Below the pieces are notes generated by a model. The model ran no database searches. It was not told the origin of the DNA and saw only the letters and a list, made by a program, of their open reading frames with translations. Below are positions 1 through 9,926 of a stretch of 64,000 nt of DNA, piece by piece (the first letter of the stretch is position 1; each line of letters opens with the position of its first letter). A program made the position numbers and the translations under genes. The stretch lies in assembly GCF_032116555.1 (NCBI RefSeq), contig NZ_CP134949.1, positions 2,666,001 to 2,730,000 on the forward strand. Reading direction: 5' to 3'. This DNA comes from Halorarum halobium (GTDB lineage Archaea; Halobacteriota; Halobacteria; Halobacteriales; Haloferacaceae).

Positions 1-18
1 TTCGGTTCGGTCGAGGAG

Positions 19-1512
19 TCACGGAGCGACCGTCAGCAGGAACAGCCCGGCGAAGAGGGCCGCCGAGCCGAGCAGCAGCGCCGCGAGCAGCCGCGGGTCG
101 ACGCCGAGCCGGCGACCCGCCCGCCGCGTCCGCTCGCGCGAGCGCTTCAGCGCCCGCCGAACGGCGAACCTGACGCGAAAGACGCCGTAGCGAAGCCGCC
201 AGATGACCGACTCGACGCCGTAGGCGACGAGGTGGCTCGCCTCCAGGACGATGTTGTCCTCCGGCTCGCGGTTCCGCCGTCGACGGCGACGCTTGCGTGC
301 GATCTCGCGGTGTGCGCTGGCCCGGCTGGACCGCCTCGACCCGCCGGCCGTCGAGGAGGCGCTCGCGGTCGTCGACCCGGATCCGAGACTCGACCCGCCA
401 CCGGAGCCGCCGTTCGTCCCGCTGCCGCCCGTCATCGCGCCGCTGTCGGCCGTGCTCGACCGCGGTCTGGTGTCCGTCTCGCCGGCGCCGCCGGCGCCGT
501 CGCCGGCGGCCGACCCGCCGTCCGCGTCGCCCGCATCGTCGCCATCAGCGTCGGCGTCCCCGTCCTCCGTGATTCGAACCCCGTCCGGGGACGCGGTCTG
601 GGTGCCGGAGTCGCCGCCGGAGCCGTTCGAGGTGGAGTCGTCCACCTCCGCCGAGGGGTCGACCATCTGGAGTTCGGCCTCCAGGTCGGCGCTGATCGTC
701 CGGAAGTCGGGGCGCTCGACGTCCTCCAGCCCCGGCGTCGCGCCGGCGTCAAACGTCTTCTTCCGGCGGAACTGGACCCGGTTGACCTCCTCGTCCCAGT
801 CGGTGACGAGGATCGCCTCGCCGTCGTTCAGCTCCTCGACCATTCCCGCGTACTCGTCGTCGAGGAAGCGCCCGACGACCTTCGTGTCGTTCTCCCAGGT
901 GAGCCGGTGCCAGACGAGCCAGTCACACTGGGTGATGAAGTCCTTGTCGACGGCCGCGGGCCGCTGGGACATCCCACAGAGACCGAGCCCGCGCTTCCGA
1001 CCGCGCTTTGCCACCTGGAGCAGGATCTCGCCCACCTCGTCGAGCCCGCCCGACTCGGGGAGGTACTCGTGACACTCCTCGACGAGCAGCATGAACGGCT
1101 TCTTCGCCTTCTTCTCCCTGACGAACAGCGTCTTGACGACGCCGTGGATCAGGTCACGGGCCTCGTCCACGTCGAGATACTCCGAGACGTCGAGGATGAC
1201 CGGGACGTTCTCTTCGAGCGCGAGCGTGGCGATGCGCTGGGCGTGGGTGGGCGACACCTGCACGTCACAGAGGTCGCCCGCGCCGACGTGGAGCATCTCG
1301 TAGCGCTCCTTCAGCCCGTAGTACTCGCCGTCGGTGTCGATGATGAGCAGCGGGAGGTCGAGTTCGAGCAGCTCCTCGGCGATGACGCTCGCCGTGTTAG
1401 ACTTGCCGCTCCCGGACTTGCCGGTCACGAACCCGCGGCCGGTGAGGAGTTCGATGACGGGCAGGGTGGTGCCATCATCGGAGATCCTGATCTCGTCCGG
1501 GATGCCTGACAT
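19..1512 (-). CDS. HerA/DUF87-type P-loop ATPase with low-complexity linker and C-terminal membrane anchor
   Basis: Walker A GKSGSGKS, IIDTDGEY, Walker B LLVEECHE, KRGRKRG and SQRPA motifs of the HerA/FtsK clade; G/S/D-rich linker, Arg cluster and terminal hydrophobic helix. Confidence 0.8.
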   Translation of the reverse strand: MSGIPDEIRISDDGTTLPVIELLTGRGFVTGKSGSGKSNTASVIAEELLELDLPLLIIDTDGEYYGLKERYEMLHVGAGDLCDVQVSPTHAQRIATLALEENVPVILDVSEYLDVDEARDLIHGVVKTLFVREKKAKKPFMLLVEECHEYLPESGGLDEVGEILLQVAKRGRKRGLGLCGMSQRPAAVDKDFITQCDWLVWHRLTWENDTKVVGRFLDDEYAGMVEELNDGEAILVTDWDEEVNRVQFRRKKTFDAGATPGLEDVERPDFRTISADLEAELQMVDPSAEVDDSTSNGSGGDSGTQTASPDGVRITEDGDADADGDDAGDADGGSAAGDGAGGAGETDTRPRSSTADSGAMTGGSGTNGGSGGGSSLGSGSTTASASSTAGGSRRSSRASAHREIARKRRRRRRNREPEDNIVLEASHLVAYGVESVIWRLRYGVFRVRFAVRRALKRSRERTRRAGRRLGVDPRLLAALLLGSAALFAGLFLLTVAP

Positions 1513-1685
1513 CGTTCACACCCACGTGCGCGAGGGGCCGCCATATGCCTTCTGTCGTGAGCCGGGCGCTACCGTCCCGTGACCCGGGCGCCGTGGCGTC
1601 GGACGCCCGCGGCTGATGTCCGGCCGCTGTCACCGGCGCGGGAGCCGTCGGTACCTTTTTCGCCCCCAGACGGCTGTGCTCGCAC

Positions 1686-2138
1686 ATGTCTTCCAGCAGC
1701 TGGTTCGAGGGCCAGCTCAAGCAGATCGTCCTGCTGGTCGCGGTTTCGACGGTCGTGCTGACCGCCGACTTCGTCGGCCTGCTGTCGCTGTTGACCGGAC
1801 GGGCGACGGAAATCGGCACCGGCATCGGCGGGCGCTTCCCGGCCTACGTGCTCGTGATGGCGGTCGCGTTCGTCGTCACCATCGTCGGGCTGGCACGGTT
1901 CGACACGGACGGGCGGACGGTGCTCTCGGCGGCGACGGGCGTGGGCCTCCTGACGCTAGTCACGGGCGCGCTGGCCGGCGAGGGCGTCGTGTACGCCATC
2001 GCCTACCCGAGCGAAATCCTGAGTTCACAGCTCCTCTTCTACTTCGTCGCGGCCGGGCTCATCGGGACGGGACTCAGCTTCTGGACGGTCAACTACTGGC
2101 GCGACTTCACGCGGGAGGCGCGGACCGCCGGCGCGTGA
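1686..2138 (+). CDS. Small membrane protein (about 4 TM), unknown function
   Basis: 150-aa ORF with several hydrophobic segments and host-like codon usage. Confidence 0.7.
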   Translation: MSSSSWFEGQLKQIVLLVAVSTVVLTADFVGLLSLLTGRATEIGTGIGGRFPAYVLVMAVAFVVTIVGLARFDTDGRTVLSAATGVGLLTLVTGALAGEGVVYAIAYPSEILSSQLLFYFVAAGLIGTGLSFWTVNYWRDFTREARTAGA

Positions 2139-2259
2139 CCGAACTGTCCGACGGCGTGAGCGACGGCGACCGGTCCGAGCGCGACCCGTCCGATGCCGTC
2201 GGCCACGGGGACCCATCCGAGTGCGACCCATCCTCTCTCGCCCCTGGGACCATCGCGCC

Positions 2260-3486
2260 TCACCGGGCCGGCGTCTCGGCGACGTCGGGGTTGAGTTCGC
2301 CCGTGTGCCGGTACGTGCCGGCCAGCAGGACGACGCCGCCCAGCAGCGGGATCAGCGCACAGGCCGCGTAGACGGGGACGAACCCGAGCGCCTCCACCGC
2401 CGGGAGCGAGACGATGGGACCCAGTCCGCCCCCCACGTCGCCGAGGACGTTGTTCGTCCCCGTCGCGCGGCCCATCCGATCGGTCGGGGTCAGATCAGCC
2501 AGCAGCGCCATCAGCGGGCCGCCGACGCCGCCCTGGCCCGCGCCGATGGCGAGACAGGCCACGAGCAGGTCGGCGCGGGTGTCCGCGACCGCGAGCAGCA
2601 GGAACCCGCCGCAGGCAAGCAGGAGGAACGTCAGCAGGACCGGGATCCTGGCCTCCAGCCGGTCGCTCACCGTGCCGCCGACGAGCATGAACGCCGACCC
2701 GGCGAGCACCGTGGCGGCCATCAGGAACCCCGAGGTGCCCTGGGCCGAGTAGTCGAGGACGGTGATACCACGCTCTCCCAGCAGCAGCACCAGCGTCGCA
2801 AAGAGGACGCCGGCGTACGAGAAGTAGAGCCCGAAGTTGACGAGCCCCGCCGTCAGCGCCGGCGTGCTCCGGTCGACGTCCCAGGGCCGCACCGTCGAAC
2901 TCGACTCGCTCGCGTGGGTCTCCGGGACCGTGAGGAACGCCAGCCCGCCCGACACCAGCGCGAACGCCGCCGCGAGCGCGAACGCGGTCGAGACGCTGTA
3001 CATGTCGCTCACGACGCCGCCGAGCACCAGCCCCGCCGGGAAGCCGAACGTGATGCCCGCCCGGACGAACCCCATGCTCGTCCCCCGGGAGGACGCCTCG
3101 CTCACGTCGGCCGTGATGGTGTAGGCCGTCGCGAACACGAGCGCGCTGCCGAGTCCCCACGCGACCCGCGCGAGGAGGAACCAGACCTCCGGGAGTGAGG
3201 AGGCCAGCGCGACGTTGTAGCCCAGCGTCGCCACGCCCTCGACCACGAGGCCGACGATGAACGGCCGGCGGGTGCCGACCCGGTCGACGAGCGCCCCCGC
3301 GGGCGCGTTCGCGACCATCCTGACGAACCGGTTCGCGCTCAGGATGAGGCCGACCAGGAACGGGGAGATGCCGAGCACCGCCCCGAGGTTCGGCAGGATG
3401 GGGAACACGACGCCGCCGCCGAAGCCGACGAAGAACGTGCAGGCGATGACCGCGAGGATCACCGCACGGGGGCGAACGTCGCCCAC
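2260..3486 (-). CDS. MFS transporter
   Basis: About 12 TM segments; MFS motif A GALVDRVGTRR and GTVSDRLEAR; GTG start. Confidence 0.9.
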   Translation of the reverse strand: MGDVRPRAVILAVIACTFFVGFGGGVVFPILPNLGAVLGISPFLVGLILSANRFVRMVANAPAGALVDRVGTRRPFIVGLVVEGVATLGYNVALASSLPEVWFLLARVAWGLGSALVFATAYTITADVSEASSRGTSMGFVRAGITFGFPAGLVLGGVVSDMYSVSTAFALAAAFALVSGGLAFLTVPETHASESSSTVRPWDVDRSTPALTAGLVNFGLYFSYAGVLFATLVLLLGERGITVLDYSAQGTSGFLMAATVLAGSAFMLVGGTVSDRLEARIPVLLTFLLLACGGFLLLAVADTRADLLVACLAIGAGQGGVGGPLMALLADLTPTDRMGRATGTNNVLGDVGGGLGPIVSLPAVEALGFVPVYAACALIPLLGGVVLLAGTYRHTGELNPDVAETPAR

Positions 3487-3660
3487 TCAGGACCACCCGT
3501 CGAACCCGCGGCTGCGCGGGGCGAGCGAACCGACACGCCGACGGGAGGAGCCCGGAATCACACTGGCCGAGTAGTCAGTTCCGCCGTATCAGTCGTTCGG
3601 TCCCAGCAGTCCGGGCCGGAACGTCGAACGCCGGGGACGCCGCGACCCGCGGTCCGGAAC

Positions 3661-5391
3661 TTACTCCGGGCCGTCGGTCGGCGTCCCGCTCGGCGCGTCT
3701 GTGGGCGTGGCCTCGGGCGTGTCGGTCGCACCCGTCGTCGGAGAGTCAGTCGGCTCCTCCGTCGGCGTCCCCGCCGTAGCGACGCAGTCGGCGGCGTTCA
3801 CGACGTTGAAGCTCACGTCGCCCCCGTCGGCGGAGATTCGGACGTTCTCGATGGCCTTTCCCTCGTTCTCGCCCGTCCCGGCGAACGTCACCGGGGCGGC
3901 GTACGCCGGGTCGCCGCCGCGCTCGCCGACCCGCCGTTCGGACCCGTCGGCGAACGCCAGATCGGCGAACTGGAACGTCCGGGGGAGCGAGCCGAACTCC
4001 GCGGCGCCGACCGTGACCTCGGTGCAGTCGTCGCTGAACCGCGTCGCGTGCTCGCCCGGGCCACAGGGGGAGTTCGGGTTCCGGACGACGACCTCGTTGG
4101 GTGTGTCGAAGCTGAGCCGGTCGAGGACCCGACCCGGGGAGACGACGCGCAGTTCGTTCCCGAACCCGCCGTCGTACCCCTTGGTGGTCCCGTCGGCGAA
4201 GTAGGCGTTGACGTCGACGTTCACGTCGGTCGGATGTGACAGCGTCGCGGCCTCACAGCCGAACTCGACGTCCACGCACCCCCGGCGGTCGTGGGTCGCG
4301 CTCGCCCGCGCGTCGCCGTCGAGCACGACGACCTCCCGAATCCAGCCGTGGTACGCTCCGAACGTCTCGGCGTCCTCGTCCGTCTGCCCGCTGCCGGCGA
4401 AGCCGAACACCCGCTCTCCGGCGTAGTCACCGCTGAACGTGGGGACGGATCCGTCACTCATCTCCAGGCGGACCTCGTCGTACGACTCGGCCTCGACGGT
4501 CGCGTAGTAGCAGGACGGATCGATCCACGCGTCCAGTTGCCGGGCGGTCTCCTCCTCGTCTTGCTCGCTGTCCGTCTCGTCGGCGTCGGTTCCGTCCTCC
4601 CCGGTCCCGCCGTCGTCGCCGACGCGCTCGCCGGCGAGCAGCCGGTCGGTGACGTCCCGGCCGTTCAGGAGGAGGGTGAACGGGGGCGCACCGTCCGCCT
4701 TGTGCTCGAACTCGATGATCGGACCGTACAGGTAGAAGGCGTCACCGTCGCCGTCGCCCGTCGCGCCGAGCACGCCCCACGCGCCGTCGCGGAAGCGGTC
4801 GACGTCGTCCTCGACCTCGGCCGAGTTCCCGCCGCGGTCGAACGCCTTGGTGATCCGACCGTCGGCCACGACCTCGTACTCCAGCGTCCCCCCGCCGCCC
4901 GTCCTGACCTCGAACAGGTCCCGGCCGAGTTCCGCGTCCGGAGTGTCGAACGAGGTCACCCGGTCGGTCACGTCACGACCGTCGAGCAGGACCTCGAAGG
5001 CCGGCGCGGCCCCGTCGTTGTACTCGAAGTCGACGACGCTCCCGGAGAGCCGGTAGGCGTCGCCCTCCCCGTTGCCGCTCTCGCCGGCGACGGCGACCAG
5101 GCCCGAGCGGCGCTCGTCCAGGTCGTCGTTCCGGAGTTCGGCGGCGGCATCGCCCCCGAACGCCTTGGAGACCGTTCCCTCGACCGTGAACTCGTAGAAC
5201 AGCGCTCCCTCCGCCGCGGTGACGATCTCCAGGAGGGCGTCCTCACCGACCTGGAGCCACTCGCCACGGGGGCGTCGCGCCGCCGTCGTCGCCGCCCGCT
5301 CCCGGAGGGGCTCGTCGCCGATGCCGACCGAGGCGCCGCCGATCGCCGCGGCGCCGAGGAACTCCCGCCGCGACATGTCGAACGGGTACAT
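3661..5391 (-). CDS. Tat-exported acidic surface protein with internal domain repeats and a Pro/Thr-rich tail
   Basis: Start moved to ATG 5391 (MYPFDMSRREFLGAAAIGG, twin-arginine signal); two ~95-aa repeats ending LLDGRDVTDR and LLNGRDVTDR; PTEEPTDSPT tail. Confidence 0.7.
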   Translation of the reverse strand: MYPFDMSRREFLGAAAIGGASVGIGDEPLRERAATTAARRPRGEWLQVGEDALLEIVTAAEGALFYEFTVEGTVSKAFGGDAAAELRNDDLDERRSGLVAVAGESGNGEGDAYRLSGSVVDFEYNDGAAPAFEVLLDGRDVTDRVTSFDTPDAELGRDLFEVRTGGGGTLEYEVVADGRITKAFDRGGNSAEVEDDVDRFRDGAWGVLGATGDGDGDAFYLYGPIIEFEHKADGAPPFTLLLNGRDVTDRLLAGERVGDDGGTGEDGTDADETDSEQDEEETARQLDAWIDPSCYYATVEAESYDEVRLEMSDGSVPTFSGDYAGERVFGFAGSGQTDEDAETFGAYHGWIREVVVLDGDARASATHDRRGCVDVEFGCEAATLSHPTDVNVDVNAYFADGTTKGYDGGFGNELRVVSPGRVLDRLSFDTPNEVVVRNPNSPCGPGEHATRFSDDCTEVTVGAAEFGSLPRTFQFADLAFADGSERRVGERGGDPAYAAPVTFAGTGENEGKAIENVRISADGGDVSFNVVNAADCVATAGTPTEEPTDSPTTGATDTPEATPTDAPSGTPTDGPE

Positions 5392-5879
5392 CGACACGTA
5401 CAACGACGTGACAGGGCGTATAGGTCCGACATCGTTCACGTCCGGCCGAAGGAACGTGGTCGCGGTAAGCCGAGCTTTCGACGCCGGCCGCGCCCGCCGG
5501 TCGTCCGCGGAACCCCGCTCCGAGCCGCGGTGGCCGGGGGTAGCAACCCGATAGTCACGCCGTTCCGACCGTCCCGTCGCGGTGACCTGTCACACGACCG
5601 GGGTACTCGTGCCGTTCGACGAGGCCCGCAGGGGTCCGGGCGGACGGGCGTAGTGGTCCGGGCCGGCCGACCGCAGCAGCCTGGGCCGCCTGCCGCAGGG
5701 GTCTGGCCCGGTCGGCGTAGCGGCTGGGTGGGTAGACGCTCGCAGTGGTGGGAGACTGAATCCCCGTCCCGGATCGGTCGCCCGGCCGACAGGAGACGGA
5801 GACGGAGCCGAGTTGCGTCAGACGATCGGCAGACGGCGGGCGAAAGAGTCCTAAACCTGTTCGCCCGAGGCCGACCCGG

Positions 5880-6377
5880 ATGAACGAGAGAGGCCACGTC
5901 GTGAACGCGGTGCTGCTCGGTGTCGGCACCGGCTTGTTGCTCGAACCGACCGTCTCGGTCGCAGCCCTCCAGAGCGTCGTGCTCGTCGGGGTGCCAGTCG
6001 TCCTCGGCGCGCTGTTCCCCGACATCGACACGTCCTTCGGCACCCACCGGAAGACGTTCCACAACGTCTGGGTGCTGGGGATCTTCGTCGCGTTCCCGTA
6101 CTTCACGGGGAACCTCCAGTACGTCTGGCTGGGCATCACGACCCACTACGCGCTCGACCTGCTTGGCAACGTGAAGGGGATGGGCATCTTCCACCCGTTC
6201 CCGGGCTACTACGACATCCCGGTCGGCGTCCCCGTGACGAGCAAGTGGGCCGACGTGGTCACGCTGGCCGTGACCGCGTTCGAACTCGTGATCGTCGCGG
6301 CGATCATCAGGGCCGGTCGCGCCGGCGTGCTGGAGAGCCCGCTGTTCACGACGTTGCTCGACGCGGTTCCGGTGTAG
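5880..6377 (+). CDS. Membrane-bound metal-dependent hydrolase (YdjM-like)
   Basis: N-terminal GH, GALFPDID, HRKTFH and THYALD motifs. Confidence 0.85.
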   Translation: MNERGHVVNAVLLGVGTGLLLEPTVSVAALQSVVLVGVPVVLGALFPDIDTSFGTHRKTFHNVWVLGIFVAFPYFTGNLQYVWLGITTHYALDLLGNVKGMGIFHPFPGYYDIPVGVPVTSKWADVVTLAVTAFELVIVAAIIRAGRAGVLESPLFTTLLDAVPV

Positions 6378-6534
6378 GACGACGAATCCGGATCCGCGAC
6401 GGTCCGCTACCCCGGGGACGGGAGATCGCCGCCCGACGGGGCCCGCTCGTCACCTCACGGTTCGACGGCCGGGCGGACACCCGTGAGGACGTCCCCCGGA
6501 AACGAATTTGACTGCCGGGTCCCAAGGGCCGAGC

Positions 6535-7689
6535 ATGGAGTTTCGGCTCTCGGAGCGACGGCGGGAACTGCGCGACGACGTCCGCGCGTTCACCCGGGAG
6601 GAGATCCGGCCGGCGGCGATCGAACTCGACGGAAACGGCGAGTACCCGGCCGACATCCTCGACGCGCTGGGCGAGCGCCGCCTGACCGGGCTCACCGTCC
6701 CGGAGTCGTACGGCGGGCGCGGGGAGGGGCTCGTCGAACTGGCCGTCGTGACCGAGGAGCTCGCGGCCGGCCTGATGTCGGTCGCCAGCGCGATGGCGCT
6801 CCACCTCGGCGTCGCCGCGGTCATCGAGCGCTTCGGGACCGAACCACAGCGGGAGGCGTTCCTGCCGGAGATGGCGACGTTCGACCGGGTCGGCGCGCTC
6901 GGTCTCAGCGAGGCGAACGCGGGGAGCGACAAGCTGGCGATGGAGACCACCGCAGAGCGCGACGGGGACGAGTGGGTGCTGGACGGCCACAAGGAGTGGG
7001 TGACGAACTTCCTCGACGCCGACGTCGTGCTCACCTACGCGAAGACCGGCCCCGACGCGGACGCCCCGCACAACGTCAGCGCGTTCCTGGTCCCGACCGA
7101 CGAGTTCGAGGTGGAGGAGGTGTGGCGGACGCTCGGCGCCCGGAGCGCGAAGTCCCCCCGCGTCTCCCTCGATGACGTGCGCGTTCCGGCGGACCGACTC
7201 GTCGGGGAGGAGGGGGAGGCGTACGTCCAGCGCGGGGCGGTCGCGACCGGCGTGAACGTCCCGGCACGCGGGGTCGGCATCGCACGCGCGGCCCTCGAGG
7301 ACACGGTCGCGTACACGAGCGGACGCGAGCAGTTCGACCGACCCGTCGGCGAGTTCCAGGGCGTCCGCTGGCGGGTCGCCGAGATGGCCGAACGGGTCGA
7401 CGCGGCGCGGTTGTTGACGCTCCGTGCCGCCGCGCGGGCGGACCGCGGGGCGGGCGTGGACCGGGAGCTGAGCATGGCGAAGGTCAGGGCGACCGAGGCG
7501 GCCGTCGAGAACGCGAACGACGCGCTCCAGCTTCACGGCGGCAAGGGGTACACCGACGAGCACCACGTGGAGCGCTACCTCCGGGACGCGCGCCTGCTCA
7601 CCATCGCCGGCGGCCCGAACGAACTCCACAGGAACACGGTCGCCGACGCGACGTTCGACGAGCGTTCCGACGCGTCCGGGGATGAGTGA
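6535..7689 (+). CDS. Acyl-CoA dehydrogenase family protein
   Basis: LSEANAGSD, LDGHKEWVTN, REQFDRPVGEFQGV, QLHGGKGY and ERYLRDAR motifs; ATG at 6535. Confidence 0.93.
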   Translation: MEFRLSERRRELRDDVRAFTREEIRPAAIELDGNGEYPADILDALGERRLTGLTVPESYGGRGEGLVELAVVTEELAAGLMSVASAMALHLGVAAVIERFGTEPQREAFLPEMATFDRVGALGLSEANAGSDKLAMETTAERDGDEWVLDGHKEWVTNFLDADVVLTYAKTGPDADAPHNVSAFLVPTDEFEVEEVWRTLGARSAKSPRVSLDDVRVPADRLVGEEGEAYVQRGAVATGVNVPARGVGIARAALEDTVAYTSGREQFDRPVGEFQGVRWRVAEMAERVDAARLLTLRAAARADRGAGVDRELSMAKVRATEAAVENANDALQLHGGKGYTDEHHVERYLRDARLLTIAGGPNELHRNTVADATFDERSDASGDE

Positions 7690-7783
7690 GACCGTCGGAC
7701 GACGATCCACGCCGGGCCAGCCGCGGGGCAGCGACCGGGGCCCCACCGGTATCTTTAGCCGCTCTCGGGACCGAGGAGGAACG

Positions 7784-8326
7784 ATGCCCTCCCACGAGAC
7801 GGACGGCGGGAACGAACCGGAGCGCACGGACGACGGCGTGAACGACGCCGAGCGCGTGCGCGGCGGGGCCGGGGACGAGCACCGGGGTGGCGGCGTCGAG
7901 TCCGGGTCCCGCGAGCGCGGCCCCGACGAGGCGTTCTGTCGGGAGTGTGGAACCGTCATCGACGCCGACGCACGATACTGTCCGGACTGTGGCGCGTCCC
8001 AGACCGGGGGGCCCCGCGCATCGCCGGGGTCGACGATCGACAGGCTGGTCGAGGACCTGCTGGAGGGTGGCAACCCGTTCGTCGCGGCTGTCTTCTCCGC
8101 GCTGGTCCCCGGGCTTGGTCAGCTGTACAACCGGGAGCTCGAGAAGGGGCTCGTCGTGTTCGTCGCGAGCGTCCTCGCGGTGTTCTCGACCGCGATCCTG
8201 ATCGGGTTCCTCCTCTACCCCGCCGTCTGGCTCTTCGCCATCTACGACGCGTACACGGTCGCGGATCGGCAGTCCGAGGAGCGCGACGAGGCGGAACGCG
8301 GCGAGCCCTCCCACGGGACCCGGTGA
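7784..8326 (+). CDS. Zinc-ribbon membrane protein
   Basis: CREC...CPDCG ribbon followed by SALVPGLGQLYN and TM helices; GAGGAGG upstream of ATG 7784. Confidence 0.75.
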   Translation: MPSHETDGGNEPERTDDGVNDAERVRGGAGDEHRGGGVESGSRERGPDEAFCRECGTVIDADARYCPDCGASQTGGPRASPGSTIDRLVEDLLEGGNPFVAAVFSALVPGLGQLYNRELEKGLVVFVASVLAVFSTAILIGFLLYPAVWLFAIYDAYTVADRQSEERDEAERGEPSHGTR

Positions 8327-8332
8327 CCGTCG

Positions 8333-8944
8333 ATGGCCGAGGTCTGCCTCTACGTCGCGGCCAGCCTCGACGGCTTCCTCGCCGACGCGGACGGCGGGGT
8401 CGGCTGGCTCGAGGCGTTCGAGGACGAGTACCCGGACGGTGAGCCGGGCGAGAACGGGTACGAGGCGTTCTTCGGGACGGTCGACTGTCTCGTGATGGGC
8501 GCGAACACGTACGAGCAGATCGTCACCGAGTTCGCGGGAGACGCCGAGGACCGGGCTCCCGACGCCGACGGCGGTGGCGACGACGGCAATGGCGACGACG
8601 CGGCCGTTGCCGGCTGGCCCTACGGCGACGTCCCGACGTACGTGACGACCCACCGCGACCTGCCCCGGGCGAGCGACGCCGTCGAGTTCTTCGCGGGCGA
8701 CGTCGCCGACCTGGCCGCCGATCTCGACGCCGAGTACGACACGGTGTGGCTCGTTGGCGGGGCGGCGCTCGCACGGGAGTTCGTCCGGAAGAACCTCGTC
8801 GACGAGATCAGGCTGTCGATCGTGCCGGTCCTGCTTGGCGAGGGGATCCGGCTGTTCGCCGAGGACGGGCCGGAACGCTCGCTCCATCTCGTCGACGAGA
8901 CCGCCTTCGAGAGCGGCATCGTCGAGTTGCGGTACGCGCTGTGA
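8333..8944 (+). CDS. Dihydrofolate reductase family (RibD C-terminal-like) protein
   Basis: AASLDGFLA, VMGANTYE, VWLVGGAAL and VPVLLGEGIRLF motifs. Confidence 0.88.
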   Translation: MAEVCLYVAASLDGFLADADGGVGWLEAFEDEYPDGEPGENGYEAFFGTVDCLVMGANTYEQIVTEFAGDAEDRAPDADGGGDDGNGDDAAVAGWPYGDVPTYVTTHRDLPRASDAVEFFAGDVADLAADLDAEYDTVWLVGGAALAREFVRKNLVDEIRLSIVPVLLGEGIRLFAEDGPERSLHLVDETAFESGIVELRYAL

Positions 8945-9000
8945 GCGGATCGGTCGTCGGGCGGATCTTCCGGGTGACCGGGCCGGGGCGTCGCCGGGAG

Positions 9001-9078
9001 TCGGACGAACCGCACGTCGCCGGGGGTCGGGCGAACCGCACGCCGCCGGGGGTCAGACGAACCGCACGCCGTCGTCGG
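9001..9078. repeat. Three imperfect 26-bp tandem repeats; the third copy is the 3' end of the aspartate-dehydrogenase-like gene
   Basis: tcggacgaaccgcacgtcgccggggg / tcgggcgaaccgcacgccgccggggg / tcagacgaaccgcacgccgtcgtcgg. Confidence 0.85.
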
Positions 9079-9838
9079 CGTGGAGGATCCGTCGGATCGA
9101 CCCCCAGATCGACACGAGCGTGTAGTCGCCGGTCACGCCCTCGATGGCGCTGTCGCGGGTGATCTCCAGGTCGAAGCCGTCGCCGCTCGCCGAGACGACG
9201 TGGAGCGCTGAGTCGGCCTCGGGGTCCGCGACGAGCCGCGAGCGGGTGTCGTCGAGTCCGAGCGACGCCAGCGCAACCGCCGCGTGGGAGTTGAAGTTCC
9301 GGGGGAAGGTCCGGCAGAGCCCGCGGACGGGGCCCTCGTACAGTACCGTGGGCTCGGTGACGTCGGCCTCGTCCCACTCGTCGGTGTAGGCGAAATCGAG
9401 GTGCGAGGGGGCCTTCCTCGCCTCGATTTCGACCGACCGGAGCTCCGAGCGCGCGTCGACGAGGCCGTCGATGCCCAGCAGGGCGGCGTGTGGCAGGTAG
9501 ACGGCGCTCGCGTGGTCGGCGGCCAGCCGGTCGAGGCGCACCTCCACCTCGGGGTCGGCCAGCGCGGACCCGGACAGGAGCACGAGGTCGGCCGCGGGGA
9601 GCACCGCCTCGGCGAGGTCCGGGACGGCCTCCGGGGCCGCGCCCTCGATCACGAGGTCAGCCGAACGGTGGGGGAGTTCGGTCACGTCCGTGACCTGCAC
9701 GTCCGACGGGAGGTCGTTCCGGGGCGAGCGAACGTGGACGTACGCGAGTTCGAACGCGGGGTCCCGGTCGACGTAGCCGGCCAGCGCCCGACAGATGCGT
9801 CCGTAGCCGAGCAGCCCGATCCGATGCGGTGGGCTCAT
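9053..9838 (-). CDS. Aspartate dehydrogenase-like protein (NadX/DUF108 family)
   Basis: Rossmann GLLGYGRI; GIDGL, RKAPSHL, LYEGPVRGLCRTFPRNFNSHAAVALA, SRLVADP. Confidence 0.75.
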   Translation of the reverse strand: MSPPHRIGLLGYGRICRALAGYVDRDPAFELAYVHVRSPRNDLPSDVQVTDVTELPHRSADLVIEGAAPEAVPDLAEAVLPAADLVLLSGSALADPEVEVRLDRLAADHASAVYLPHAALLGIDGLVDARSELRSVEIEARKAPSHLDFAYTDEWDEADVTEPTVLYEGPVRGLCRTFPRNFNSHAAVALASLGLDDTRSRLVADPEADSALHVVSASGDGFDLEITRDSAIEGVTGDYTLVSIWGSIRRILHADDGVRFV

Positions 9839-9926
9839 GGGTGTCCGTCTAGCGGCCGCGACGCTTAGCCGTAGTGCCGGTCGCGCGTTCGGAGCGCCGA
9901 TCAGAACGGCCGATCAGAGCGGCCGA

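Noticed and set aside
2140..2235. Short imperfect repeats (ccgagcgcgacccgtcc / ccgagtgcgacccatcc)
   Set aside because: Two degenerate GC-rich copies in a convergent gap; too weak to call functional
9001..9078. Possible mini-CRISPR array
   Set aside because: The repeats are directly adjacent with no spacers, and there are no cas genes in the window
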